A stretch of DNA of 34,332 bases from Candidatus Ancaeobacter aquaticus (GCA_030765405.1 JAVCCP010000049.1:1-34332); one strand, 5' to 3'; positions 8,193-17,952 are shown, counted from the first letter of the stretch. The notes: a model not told the origin generated them from the sequence alone. A program made the numbers and translations.

Positions 8193-8221
8193 ATTATAAG
8201 AAAAAACCGCAAAAAAGTCAA
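8193..8221 (-). promoter_or_regulatory. Near-consensus sigma70 promoter giving a leaderless DUF3307 mRNA
   Basis: On the minus strand: TTGACT (8221-8216), 17 nt, TATAAT (8198-8193), 6 nt, then ATG at 8186. Confidence 0.75.
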
Positions 8222-8252
8222 TGGCATAATAGTGTTGTAAAAAAAGGATATC

Positions 8253-9185
8253 ATGTTTACAGTAACGCTTTCAAAAATCTTTATTGTTTTTTTACTCATT
8301 GCGGTTGGATTTGTTCTTGATAAAAAGAAATTTGTATCAAGAGAAGCTTTGCAGAGTTTGAGCAGGGTCGTTATTTACATTATGCTTCCGGCTCTGATTT
8401 TTTCAGCGATAATCACACAGTTTAATAGAGAAGCGATCTTATCCGGTTATATTCTGCCTCTATTAGGTGTAATGACTTTTTTAAGTGGTGGTTTGCTTGG
8501 CTGGATACTTGTCCGTTTTTTTAAAGAGAATGATCCGGTTAAAAAAAATACCGTAATATTTCTTATGCTTATAAATAATTATGGTTTTATTACCTTGCCG
8601 CTCGTTTACATGCTTTTTGGTGAGAGCGGTGTGGCGTTACTCTTTTTACATAACTTGGGCTGCGAAATTGTTTTCTGGACAGTAGGCATGTGGCTTTTAA
8701 AAGGAGGGAAATTCTCCCCGAAAACTTTAAAATCACTTGTTAATCCGCCGTTTATATCGCTCATGCTCAGTATCGGTATAGTTTTGCTTAATGCGCAATC
8801 TTTTGTGCCGGCTTTCTTGCTCGAGGCGTGCGATACACTTGGAAAGGGTGTAATACCACTTATAATGCTGGTTATAGGCTCAACATTAGCTGAGATTGAA
8901 TTTCGTGATGGGGCATTGTTTGATAAGAAACTTATATGGATTATTGTATCCCGTATAGTTGTCGTTCCCATTTTCGTTATCATCATATTGTTGTATTTGC
9001 CGATACCTGAGATGTACAGGAATATTGCTATAATTGTAGCGGTGATGCCTTCTGCTTCTAGTACCCCGTTATTTATGAAACAATTTGGTGGAGATACAAT
9101 ATTTGCGGCAAAAGCGGTGTTTTTTACAACTCTTTTAAGTGCTATTACTATACCCATACTTTTAACAATTTTTTTAAAACAATAG
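8253..9185 (+). CDS. AEC family transporter (auxin efflux carrier / malate permease-like)
   Basis: About 10 TM segments; LPALIF, N.GFI.LP, NPPF, P..MLVIG, R..VVP and MPSA motifs. Confidence 0.9.
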   Translation: MFTVTLSKIFIVFLLIAVGFVLDKKKFVSREALQSLSRVVIYIMLPALIFSAIITQFNREAILSGYILPLLGVMTFLSGGLLGWILVRFFKENDPVKKNTVIFLMLINNYGFITLPLVYMLFGESGVALLFLHNLGCEIVFWTVGMWLLKGGKFSPKTLKSLVNPPFISLMLSIGIVLLNAQSFVPAFLLEACDTLGKGVIPLIMLVIGSTLAEIEFRDGALFDKKLIWIIVSRIVVVPIFVIIILLYLPIPEMYRNIAIIVAVMPSASSTPLFMKQFGGDTIFAAKAVFFTTLLSAITIPILLTIFLKQ

Positions 9186-9337
9186 GCGAAAGATCACTTT
9201 TTAGCCTAATAATACGTGTAACTCTTTTGTATATAGTGACATAGATAGCATTTTGTCTTTGTTACTGTTTTTTACCGCAAAATTGGATTAAATGCTTGAT
9301 TAGTATTGAGATAGGTGATAATATATTTCGATGCTCT

Positions 9338-9419
9338 TACAAGGTTTACCGACTCACCGACGGTAATCTTTGTATGTAAGCGTATAATGTTAACTTAAAA
9401 TGGAAAGGAAAGGTGAGTT
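9338..9419 (+). promoter_or_regulatory. rpsO leader: long hairpin plus loop-RBS pseudoknot, candidate S15 autoregulatory RNA
   Basis: Stem 9338-9351 / 9361-9374 (14 positions, one U-U, one G.U); loop ACTCACC (9352-9358) is complementary to GGTGAGT (9412-9418) just before the ATG. Confidence 0.7.
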
Positions 9420-9686
9420 ATGTTAGAGAAGAAAGGTAAAGAGGAAATTGTATCGAAGCATAAATTACATGAAAAAGATACCGGTTCTTCAGATGTTCAA
9501 ATTGCGCTCTTAACTGAACGCATAAATATGCTTTCTAAGCATCTTGAAGTGAACAAAAAGGATCATAGCTCAAGAAGAGGACTTTTGCGGTTGGTAGCTC
9601 AAAGAAGAAAATTGCTAGATTATCTAAGCAGAACTGAAAACAAACGATATCAGGATCTAATTAAGAAATTGAAACTGAGGAAATAA
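9420..9686 (+). CDS. rpsO: 30S ribosomal protein S15
   Basis: [18 protein letters not shown]....[19 protein letters not shown] motif; 88 aa. Confidence 0.99.
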   Translation: MLEKKGKEEIVSKHKLHEKDTGSSDVQIALLTERINMLSKHLEVNKKDHSSRRGLLRLVAQRRKLLDYLSRTENKRYQDLIKKLKLRK

Positions 9687-9702
9687 TATCTGGAGGATAT
9701 GA

Positions 9703-11805
9703 ATGATTTCACGCGTTGAATGTGAGTTAAATGGACGTACATTACAAATTGAAACAGGTCTTATGGCTAAACAGGCAGACGGTGCTGTTACTGTAAGATA
9801 CGGAGATACAATGATTCTTGCGACAGTGGTGTCTCCTGAAAAGTTAAAAGAGGGTCTCGATTTTTTCCCGCTTACCGTTGATTATAGGGAAAAAACTTCT
9901 GCTGCAGGAAAGTTTCCGGGCGGATACCTCAAAAGAGAAGGAAGACCTACTGAAAAGGAAATTTTAACTGCACGTCTTACTGATAGACCGATCAGGCCCC
10001 TTTTCCCAAAAGGATATCTCTATGAAGTACAAATAATGATTTCGGTTATTTCATCTGATGGGGAAAATGATCCTGATATGCTTGCGCTGATCGGGGCAAG
10101 TGCCGCTCTTACGGTTTCAGATATTCCGTTTCTCGGACCAATAGGTGCTGTACGCGTTGGTATGATCGATGGAGAGTATGTCATTAATCCAACACCTGAG
10201 CAGCTTCTTACAAGTGATCTGGACTTGGTTATTGCAGGGACAGAGAAAGCCGTTATGATGGTTGAGGGAAGCTCAAAGGAACTTTCTGAAGAGGTGATGC
10301 TCAAAGCGGTAATGACTGGTCATGAAGAGATCAAGGCTGTTGTAGCCATACAAAAAGAATTGCAAGAAAAATGCGGCAGGGCAAAGAGAGAGCCTGAACT
10401 TTTTACTGTTGATAAAGAAATTTATGCTACGTTAGAAAGTACGTACACCAAAGACACTCTTGCTGCATTGGATATCATGGAAAAAGGGAAGAGAATGGAC
10501 GCCATGAAAGTTATCAAAGAAGCGGCTGTTGCTCTTTTTGTTGAAAAAGATCCCGAGATCGATGAAGGATCTGTAAAATCGGCTTTCCGTGAACTCGAAA
10601 AACATTTGGTGAGAGAAAATATTCTCAACGAAGGGAAAAGAGGCGACGGTCGTTCACCAAAAGATATAAGAGATATATCGTGTCTTATCGGTCTTTTGCC
10701 TAGAGCTCATGGTTCTGCGCTATTTACCAGAGGTGAAACTCAGGCTCTTGCGTCAACAACCCTCGGTTCTTCGAAAGATGCACAGAAATCTGATGGACTT
10801 ATGGGTGAGTTCTCAAAAAGTTTTATGCTCCATTATAATTTCCCTTCCTTCAGTGTTGGTGAGGCAAGACCAAACAGAGGCGTAGGAAGACGCGAGATCG
10901 GTCACGGTGTGCTTGCTGAAAAATCGCTTTTAGAGGTGATGCCGTCAGCTGAAGATTTTCCGTATACGGTAAAAATCGTTTCAGATATTCTTGAGTCAAA
11001 TGGTTCTTCTTCAATGGCAACCGTATGTGGAGGATGTTTATCTCTTATGGATGCCGGTGTTCCTATTAAGGCTCCTGTTGCCGGGATCGCTATGGGGCTC
11101 GTGACCGGTGAGAATAAGACTGTTGTTCTCTCAGACATATTGGGATCTGAAGATGGTGCTGGCGATATGGACTTTAAAGTTGCTGGGACTGAAAAAGGTA
11201 TCACAGGATTCCAGATGGATATCAAGATAGAAGGTATTAATGAGCAGATTATGCAAGAAGCCTTAGCGCAAGCAAAAGAAGGTAGAATGCATATCCTCGG
11301 GAAGATGACGAGCGCTCTTGCTTCGCCGCGTTCAGATCTCTCAGAGTATGCTCCGCGTATTACAACGCTCAGGATCGATAAAGAAAAGATTGGTACATTG
11401 ATCGGACCTGGCGGTAAAAATATTAAGAAAATCATTGAAGAAACAGGTGCTGAAATCAATATTAATGATGAAGGTATCGTATCAATTTCTACGAATCAAA
11501 AAGAAGCTGCTGAAAAAGCAATTGCAGCAGTCCAAATGTGTACTGCAGATGTTGAAGTTGGCAAAGTGTATACCGGTACTGTTAAAAATGTGACTGCTTT
11601 CGGCGCATTTGTTGAAGTGCTTCCAGGTAAAGAAGGTCTTGTTCATATCTCTAAACTTGCTCATCATCGAGTAAATAAAGTTGAAGATGAGGTTAATGTT
11701 GGCGATGAAGTGACCGTTAAAGCAATGGAAATCGATGACCGCGGCAGATTAAGTCTGAGCAGAAAAGCGTGCATGGAACCTGAGGAAGCAAAAAAAGACG
11801 AATAA
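9703..11805 (+). CDS. pnp: Polyribonucleotide nucleotidyltransferase (PNPase)
   Basis: FFPLTVDYRE, RLTDRPIRPLF, RREIGHG, ESNGSSSMA, GDMDFKVAG, KH (IGPGGK.I) and S1 domains; GGAGG SD. Confidence 0.99.
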   Translation: MISRVECELNGRTLQIETGLMAKQADGAVTVRYGDTMILATVVSPEKLKEGLDFFPLTVDYREKTSAAGKFPGGYLKREGRPTEKEILTARLTDRPIRPLFPKGYLYEVQIMISVISSDGENDPDMLALIGASAALTVSDIPFLGPIGAVRVGMIDGEYVINPTPEQLLTSDLDLVIAGTEKAVMMVEGSSKELSEEVMLKAVMTGHEEIKAVVAIQKELQEKCGRAKREPELFTVDKEIYATLESTYTKDTLAALDIMEKGKRMDAMKVIKEAAVALFVEKDPEIDEGSVKSAFRELEKHLVRENILNEGKRGDGRSPKDIRDISCLIGLLPRAHGSALFTRGETQALASTTLGSSKDAQKSDGLMGEFSKSFMLHYNFPSFSVGEARPNRGVGRREIGHGVLAEKSLLEVMPSAEDFPYTVKIVSDILESNGSSSMATVCGGCLSLMDAGVPIKAPVAGIAMGLVTGENKTVVLSDILGSEDGAGDMDFKVAGTEKGITGFQMDIKIEGINEQIMQEALAQAKEGRMHILGKMTSALASPRSDLSEYAPRITTLRIDKEKIGTLIGPGGKNIKKIIEETGAEININDEGIVSISTNQKEAAEKAIAAVQMCTADVEVGKVYTGTVKNVTAFGAFVEVLPGKEGLVHISKLAHHRVNKVEDEVNVGDEVTVKAMEIDDRGRLSLSRKACMEPEEAKKDE

Positions 11806-11825
11806 GAGTCGTATGTGTTTTATAT

Positions 11826-11864
11826 TGTCCCCTTGATTGTTTGTATTAAACTTTCGAGGGGACA
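11826..11864 (+). terminator. Stem-loop downstream of pnp
   Basis: TGTCCCCTTGA (11826-11836) pairs with TCGAGGGGACA (11854-11864) with one G.U; an inner GTTT/AAAC pair is also possible. No strong U-tract follows. Confidence 0.5.
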
Positions 11865-11902
11865 TAGTATTACTTCTCAACCCTCAAAATAAGAATTATC
11901 GT

Positions 11903-14269
11903 ATGGCAATACAAAGCGATGAGGTTAAAATTGATAGAAGTTATGTGTGGAGTGCAATATTCTTCGTAATTTCTATATTTATTGCATTGTCTTTTCTTTC
12001 TTTTAATACCCAAGATATTCCCTTTGTAACGACAACCCCAAATGTGCCGGTAAAAAATTATACTGGTCTTATTGGAGCGTTTCTCAGTTTTGTGCTTTTT
12101 TTTGCATTTGGACTTGCCGCATACAGCATCCCTATTTTTACTCTTATCATCTCTCTGAGGGGATTGAGGACACGGATACATGTTGGAAAAAGTGTGCTCG
12201 GACTTCTGTGTATGGTCATGATTCTCTCATCATTTTTTGGCATGATGACTTTTTCTTTTTTAGAACCCTTGCAAACGAAGATTAATATTGTTGGTGCCGG
12301 GGGGTTGTTTGGGTACCGTATTGCAAAAGAAATCTTTGTGAAGTTTATTGGCGAGCAGGGTGCTCTCATTATTTTGATCCCGTTATTCGTTGCTTCATTT
12401 TTGTTATACCTCAATATTAGTATTGTAGAGCTTGCTATAGGACTAAAGGATATGTATGTGCGATTTATGGCGTTTGTCGATGAACGAAGAAATAAAAGAA
12501 ATGTAGAGATGAGAAGAAATAGGCTTGAACGCGAGGAAAAAGGACGCGGATCCTTACTAAGAAAGGACAAGCCGCGCGTTGAAATATATCAAGGGCAAAT
12601 GACTCGGAAAGAAAAAAAAGAACAACGCGTTGACGCTGAAAGCGGTAAGGGGAACATGCTGACGAATATACAAGAAAAGTTTAAAAGGGATAGCACTCCT
12701 AAAATACCGTCTATTAAAAAAGAAAAGAAATCACGCTTTGAAGGGGCTTCTTCATCTGGTTTCTCCCGTAGTGATTCTAATGACGACTATCAATTGCCGC
12801 CACTTGATCTCTTGAATGATGCACCGTTTATTGGTGCAGATGATATGAAAGATGATCTGGAAAATAACTCTGCAATTTTAGAGAACACCCTCAAAGATTT
12901 TGGGATAGAAGTAGTTGTTGTAGAAGTACACAGAGGCCCTGTTATTACCACCTATGAGGTGCAGCCTGCACCCGGTGTTAAGGTTAATAGAATTACCGTG
13001 CTCTCAGATGATATTGCTCTTGCTTTGAAAGCGGCAAGTATTCGTATTGTTGCGCCCATACCAGGAAAAAGTGTTGTCGGGATAGAGGTCCCTAATCTTA
13101 AGAGCTCTGCAGTATACCTTAAAGACATATTGATGAGTGATATGTTTAAAGAGTCTCGTGCAAAATTACCGCTCCTATTAGGAAAGGATGTGTCTGGACA
13201 AGCACTTATTACCGATCTTACAGAGATGCCCCATCTCTTAATTGCGGGAACCACTGGTTCAGGAAAAACAGTATGTATGAATACGATTATATTGAGTATT
13301 TTGTATACCATGACTCCTGACGAAGTAAAACTTATTATGATTGATCCTAAAAAGGTTGAGTTGTTACCGTATAAAAACATACCTCATCTAGTAACTCCTG
13401 TTGTCACTGATCCAAAGAAAGCGACCTACGCATTAAACTGGGCTGTAAAAGAGATGGAAGAGAGGTACCAGTTGTTCGCGAATATCGGCGTGAGAAATAT
13501 TCACGGTTATAACACGAGGCCCGATAAAGACGTTTTAAGGGTGGGCGAAAACGGTGAAGCTATACCAAAAACCATTCCGTATATTGTAATAGTGATTGAT
13601 GAATTAAATGATTTAATGATGATCGCTCCTGCTGATATAGAAAATGCTATTACCCGTCTAGCACAGCTTTCTCGAGCTGTTGGAATACATGTTATTCTTG
13701 CGACTCAAAGGCCGTCTGTGAACGTTATCACCGGTGTTATTAAAGCGAATTTTCCGGCACGTATCTCGTTCCAGGTTGCATCAAAAATTGATTCACGAAC
13801 AATTTTAGACGCCAACGGCGCTGATAAGCTCCTTGGGAAAGGTGATCTGTTGTTTTTGCCGCCCGGTACCAGTAAGCTTGTGCGCGCACAAGGGGCATTT
13901 GTTTCAGATAAAGAGATAAACGGGGTCATTTCCTTTATTACTGAGCAGGCGCAGGCAGAATTTGATCAAGATATTATACAACAAGAAAGAAAACGAACAG
14001 CGATGTCATCAGAGAATGACCCAGAAGACGAAATATATGATGATGCGGTGGAAGTTGTGTTGAGCACTAAACAGGCTTCTGCATCGGTTTTACAGAGGAA
14101 ATTGCGTATTGGTTATGCACGTGCAGCGCGTCTTATAGATATGATGGAGGATTGCGGTATAGTTGGGCCTCCTAAGGGTAGTAAAGGTAGAGATATCCTG
14201 ATAAAATCACAGGATCAGTTTGAAGATGATGATGTTAAAAGTGGCCAGATGGTTGAGTCTGATCTGTAA
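11903..14269 (+). CDS. ftsK: DNA translocase FtsK/SpoIIIE
   Basis: N-terminal 4TM region, GPVITTYE, PHLLIAGTTGSGK Walker A, ATQRPSV, DSRTILD and gamma domain LQRKLRIGYARAARL. Start likely ATG 11903 rather than TTG 11837. Confidence 0.97.
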   Translation: MAIQSDEVKIDRSYVWSAIFFVISIFIALSFLSFNTQDIPFVTTTPNVPVKNYTGLIGAFLSFVLFFAFGLAAYSIPIFTLIISLRGLRTRIHVGKSVLGLLCMVMILSSFFGMMTFSFLEPLQTKINIVGAGGLFGYRIAKEIFVKFIGEQGALIILIPLFVASFLLYLNISIVELAIGLKDMYVRFMAFVDERRNKRNVEMRRNRLEREEKGRGSLLRKDKPRVEIYQGQMTRKEKKEQRVDAESGKGNMLTNIQEKFKRDSTPKIPSIKKEKKSRFEGASSSGFSRSDSNDDYQLPPLDLLNDAPFIGADDMKDDLENNSAILENTLKDFGIEVVVVEVHRGPVITTYEVQPAPGVKVNRITVLSDDIALALKAASIRIVAPIPGKSVVGIEVPNLKSSAVYLKDILMSDMFKESRAKLPLLLGKDVSGQALITDLTEMPHLLIAGTTGSGKTVCMNTIILSILYTMTPDEVKLIMIDPKKVELLPYKNIPHLVTPVVTDPKKATYALNWAVKEMEERYQLFANIGVRNIHGYNTRPDKDVLRVGENGEAIPKTIPYIVIVIDELNDLMMIAPADIENAITRLAQLSRAVGIHVILATQRPSVNVITGVIKANFPARISFQVASKIDSRTILDANGADKLLGKGDLLFLPPGTSKLVRAQGAFVSDKEINGVISFITEQAQAEFDQDIIQQERKRTAMSSENDPEDEIYDDAVEVVLSTKQASASVLQRKLRIGYARAARLIDMMEDCGIVGPPKGSKGRDILIKSQDQFEDDDVKSGQMVESDL

Positions 14270-14301
14270 CACTAAATATTCGTGTACATAGGATAAATGC
14301 T

Positions 14302-15198
14302 ATGGAAAATTTACATGATTTGCTGAAACGTACCCGTGAAGAAAAAGGGATCAACATAGAAGATGTATCAAAACATACAAAGATTAGGGTGAAGATCCTT
14401 GTATCAATTGAGTCAGGTGATTATGAAGCTGTCGCGAGCCCTACGTATCTCAAAGGGTTTATCAAACTCTATAGTAAATATTTAGGGTTAGATACCAAGC
14501 AAATAATGTCCGATTATGCGGATCTTTTTCAAAATAATATTGAGCGTTATTTTGTGACGCCCGGTAAGGTCAAAGATACTGAGAAGACGTGGAGTGAATC
14601 CATGCTTGATAAGTTTCCTACTATGGAATTCGATATGCGTAAATTTATCTTTGTTGTGAGTGTTGTGCTTTGTATTCTTATTGGCACGATCAGTTTTTTT
14701 GTTGTAAAAAAAATAATGACAGTAGCGAGTGATAGACCTCGACAGCCTGCTAAAGAAATGACAAAACAAAAATCAGACCTTATCTTACCAATGCTAAAAA
14801 AACAAACATCCCAAAACATTATTGGAGAAGTAAAGAATGAGCGTCTAGTTGCTCCTGCAGTCAGTGGAGTTGCACAAATAAATGTTCCATCTCATCCTGC
14901 GGAGGCAGTGCCTAAACGCGAACAAGAGCTGCACCTTACCGCTGAGATCTCTCAGGATGTTTGGTTACGTATAAAGATTGATGGACAGCTCGTTTTTGAA
15001 GATACTTTAAAAAACGGTGAAAAAGAAACGTGGAAAGCAAAAAAAAGTATAGAAGTTAGGATGGGTAATGCCGGGGGAATTAGTCTGACTTTGAACGATG
15101 TTTTTCTTGGTGTGCAGGGTAATACCGGGCAAGTAAAGAGCATATTAATCGATCATGAATTATTAAAGCAACTAAAAGACAACGCGCAAAAAAGATAA
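14302..15198 (+). CDS. rodZ: RodZ-like helix-turn-helix membrane protein with DUF4115
   Basis: HTH_25-like start (R...GI.IE.VS..TKIR...L..IE.G, YLKGFIKLY.KYLGLD), one TM segment, and C-terminal VWLRIKIDG...GNAGG..L.LN. Confidence 0.9.
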   Translation: MENLHDLLKRTREEKGINIEDVSKHTKIRVKILVSIESGDYEAVASPTYLKGFIKLYSKYLGLDTKQIMSDYADLFQNNIERYFVTPGKVKDTEKTWSESMLDKFPTMEFDMRKFIFVVSVVLCILIGTISFFVVKKIMTVASDRPRQPAKEMTKQKSDLILPMLKKQTSQNIIGEVKNERLVAPAVSGVAQINVPSHPAEAVPKREQELHLTAEISQDVWLRIKIDGQLVFEDTLKNGEKETWKAKKSIEVRMGNAGGISLTLNDVFLGVQGNTGQVKSILIDHELLKQLKDNAQKR

Positions 15199-15308
15199 TT
15201 ATAGTAGTGTGTACGTGTTTATGCAGGAGAAATTCTTTTCACGCCATAAGACTCATTCTCCTTTTCGTTATACTTATCAATAATATTATAATGTAAGCGA
15301 GTCGATGT

Positions 15309-16760
15309 ATGTATGCAGTCAGTATGGTTAGTTTAGGGTGTTCAAAAAATCTTGTTGATAGCGAGGTTATGTTGGGCCTCTTAGCTCAGGCTGGATATAC
15401 CTTAACAAGTGATTTACATTCATCAGATATTATTATTGTCAATACGTGTAGTTTTATTGAAAGTGCTCAGGAAGAGTCACGAGAGACTATTCTTTCCATG
15501 AAGCATTTTTACACTGCCGGAAAGATTATCGTAGTGACTGGCTGCTTTTCTAAGCTTTACAAAAAAGAATTGTCAGACGCAATTGAAAAAAAAGATAGGC
15601 AAAAGAATCAGTTTTCAGAGTTAATTAATAGCGTGCATGCATTTTTAGGACCTGGAGATATTTCACGTATTCATGAAGTTATTGATGCAATAGTCACGCA
15701 GAAACCATTTCATATGCCCAAAGTGCTTGTTGAGGATAATCCTGCATATATCTATGATCATTCAACACCACGTGCTCGTACGACACCGCCACATACCGCT
15801 TACGTAAAAATAGCAGAAGGATGTGCTAATAACTGTACGTATTGTCTCATACCGAGTATACGCGGGGCGTATCGGAGCAGAACTATTGACTCGATCGTTG
15901 AAGAAGTCAAAATACTTGCTGATCATGGTGTCGTTGAAGTAAGTCTCATTGCGCAAGACACCACGTGCTATGGAAAAGACACTTACGGAAAACACATGTT
16001 GCCGGAACTTCTTGAGGCACTTGCCACACGCACACAGATATGTTGGATACGTGTACTGTATACGCATCCGGCGCATTTTACTAAAGAGCTAGTGAATGTT
16101 ATTCGTGATATCCCTCAGGTATGTAAATACGTTGATCTCCCAATTCAGCATATAGATGACGCTATTTTAAAGGCTATGGGCCGAAGAGTCAGTTCAAGAG
16201 ATATATATACATTAATTGATTCAGTGAGAAATGCCATACCTCATGTTACGCTTCGGACATCAGTCATTGTCGGATTTCCTGGCGAAACGGACAGACAGTT
16301 TATGAATCTTCTAGATTGTGTTAAGGATATACGTTTTGAAAGACTTGGCGCGTTTACCTATTCGAGAGAGAAGGGAACATCTGCTTACACAATGCCGGAT
16401 CAAGTTAGTCGCGAAATAAAAGAAATTCGCTTACATGCAATAATGAGTATGCAGCAGGTGATCTCAAAGGAAAAAAATAAACAACTTATTAATACAGTGG
16501 TGCCGGTACTTGTTGATGGGCTAGAAGGAAAGGGAAAGTATTTTGGTAGAACTCAAGCTGATGCTCTTGATGTTGATTGTTTAGTCCACGTTAAAGGTAA
16601 AAATATAACGCCAGGTAGTTTTGTTGATATGCACGTTAAAAGCGCGAGTGAATATGATATTGAGGGAACAATGATAAGTAAAAAGGTAAAAGTAAAACCA
16701 GACAATAGACAACAGACCAGAGACCACAGACTAAAGATTAAAGGTAAAAGCAAGAAGTAA
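15309..16760 (+). CDS. rimO: Ribosomal protein S12 methylthiotransferase RimO
   Basis: SLGCSKNLVDSE, NTCSFI, VTGC, radical SAM CANNCTYC, SLIAQD, LRTSVIVGFPGET and a TRAM-like end. The C-terminal tail is repeat-encoded. Confidence 0.95.
   Translation: MYAVSMVSLGCSKNLVDSEVMLGLLAQAGYTLTSDLHSSDIIIVNTCSFIESAQEESRETILSMKHFYTAGKIIVVTGCFSKLYKKELSDAIEKKDRQKNQFSELINSVHAFLGPGDISRIHEVIDAIVTQKPFHMPKVLVEDNPAYIYDHSTPRARTTPPHTAYVKIAEGCANNCTYCLIPSIRGAYRSRTIDSIVEEVKILADHGVVEVSLIAQDTTCYGKDTYGKHMLPELLEALATRTQICWIRVLYTHPAHFTKELVNVIRDIPQVCKYVDLPIQHIDDAILKAMGRRVSSRDIYTLIDSVRNAIPHVTLRTSVIVGFPGETDRQFMNLLDCVKDIRFERLGAFTYSREKGTSAYTMPDQVSREIKEIRLHAIMSMQQVISKEKNKQLINTVVPVLVDGLEGKGKYFGRTQADALDVDCLVHVKGKNITPGSFVDMHVKSASEYDIEGTMISKKVKVKPDNRQQTRDHRLKIKGKSKK
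16697..16745 (+). repeat. Degenerate heptamer tandem array (NNNAGAC)
   Basis: ACCAGAC AATAGAC AACAGAC CAGAGAC CACAGAC TAAAGAT TAAAGGT, inside the rimO 3' end. Confidence 0.8.
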
Positions 16761-16870
16761 GAAAATTGGAATAGTTGAATAATCATATATGCATATTAAA
16801 TTTTGTGGTCATAATACTGTGATATATGTATAATTTATTTTTTTAATATAACTATAACAGGTGTGTAAAT

Positions 16871-17470
16871 ATGAATTTACCTAATAAACTGACGACATTA
16901 CGAGTGGTTTTAGCATTTTTCTTTATGGTTTCCTTATTGGTTGATTTTCCCTTTTCTAAATGTTTGGCCTTATTCTTTTTTAGCCTCGCGAGTTTTACCG
17001 ATATGTATGATGGTGTTTTAGCTCGTAAAATGAAATTGGAAAGCGATTATGGAAAGCTTTTAGATCCTGTTGCAGACAAGATCCTGGTATCTATCGCTTT
17101 TATTTCATTTATTGCAATGCCTACAACACATCTTGCGGCATGGATCGTTATCATAATAATTAGTCGTGAACTCGTTGTTACGGGGTTAAGAATGCTGGCG
17201 CTTTCAAAGGGAGAGGTATTGGCTGCAGACACATTGGGGAAAACTAAAACAATATTTCAGTTTTCGGTCATTATCCTTATTTTGATTCTACTTACTATTA
17301 GAGAGTTTTTATCGCTCTATTCGGAATATTGGAGCATAGCTGGTCCGGTAATAGATATGAGAATAGCCCAAGCTGCATTTTGGTTAACATTTTTCGTGAT
17401 GCTTGTTACGGTATATTCCGGCATAGTCTATTTATATGATAATCGTAAAACGTATTTAAGTTCTATGTAG
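16871..17470 (+). CDS. pgsA: CDP-diacylglycerol--glycerol-3-phosphate 3-phosphatidyltransferase
   Basis: MNLPNKLT.LR start, CDP-alcohol motif TD..DG.LAR.......GKLLDPVADK, SREL.VTGLR and GK.KT..Q. Confidence 0.97.
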   Translation: MNLPNKLTTLRVVLAFFFMVSLLVDFPFSKCLALFFFSLASFTDMYDGVLARKMKLESDYGKLLDPVADKILVSIAFISFIAMPTTHLAAWIVIIIISRELVVTGLRMLALSKGEVLAADTLGKTKTIFQFSVIILILILLTIREFLSLYSEYWSIAGPVIDMRIAQAAFWLTFFVMLVTVYSGIVYLYDNRKTYLSSM

Positions 17471-17952
17471 TGAGCAGTGTGCCAGTTATGAAAAAATATA
17501 AAGATATATGCATTAAAGTTGTTGCCAGTTTCTTCTTCCTTGGGTATTCACCAATCGCGTCTGGGACAGTCGGAACACTTGGCGGTGTTCTCATAGTTTA
17601 TTATTTACGCGATTATCCACTCAGCTACACCATATTTACCTTTTCCTTGATCATGCTTGGAATGTATGTTTCTAACGAGGCAGAGCATATATATAGAGAA
17701 AAAGATTCTCATAAGATCGTTATTGATGAGGTTATTGGGTATCTTGTAGCAATGATGTGGCTACCTCATTACAGTGTCATAATAATGATAATCGGGTTCT
17801 TTGTGAATAGGGTATTTGATATCCTGAAACCGTACCCAATAAGAAAGCTTGAACAGCTGCCAGGTGGAGTGGGTGTGGTTATGGATGACGTTCTTGCAGG
17901 TGTCTATACGAATATTGTGCTCAGAATTATTATGCTATTGACAGTCGTATAG
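17470..17952 (+). CDS. pgpA: Phosphatidylglycerophosphatase A
   Basis: G.SPIASGT.GT, KDSHKIVIDEV.G, RVFDILKP.PI and GG.GVVMDDVLAG motifs. GTG start overlaps the pgsA stop; ATG 17488 is an alternative start. Confidence 0.95.
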   Translation: MSSVPVMKKYKDICIKVVASFFFLGYSPIASGTVGTLGGVLIVYYLRDYPLSYTIFTFSLIMLGMYVSNEAEHIYREKDSHKIVIDEVIGYLVAMMWLPHYSVIIMIIGFFVNRVFDILKPYPIRKLEQLPGGVGVVMDDVLAGVYTNIVLRIIMLLTVV

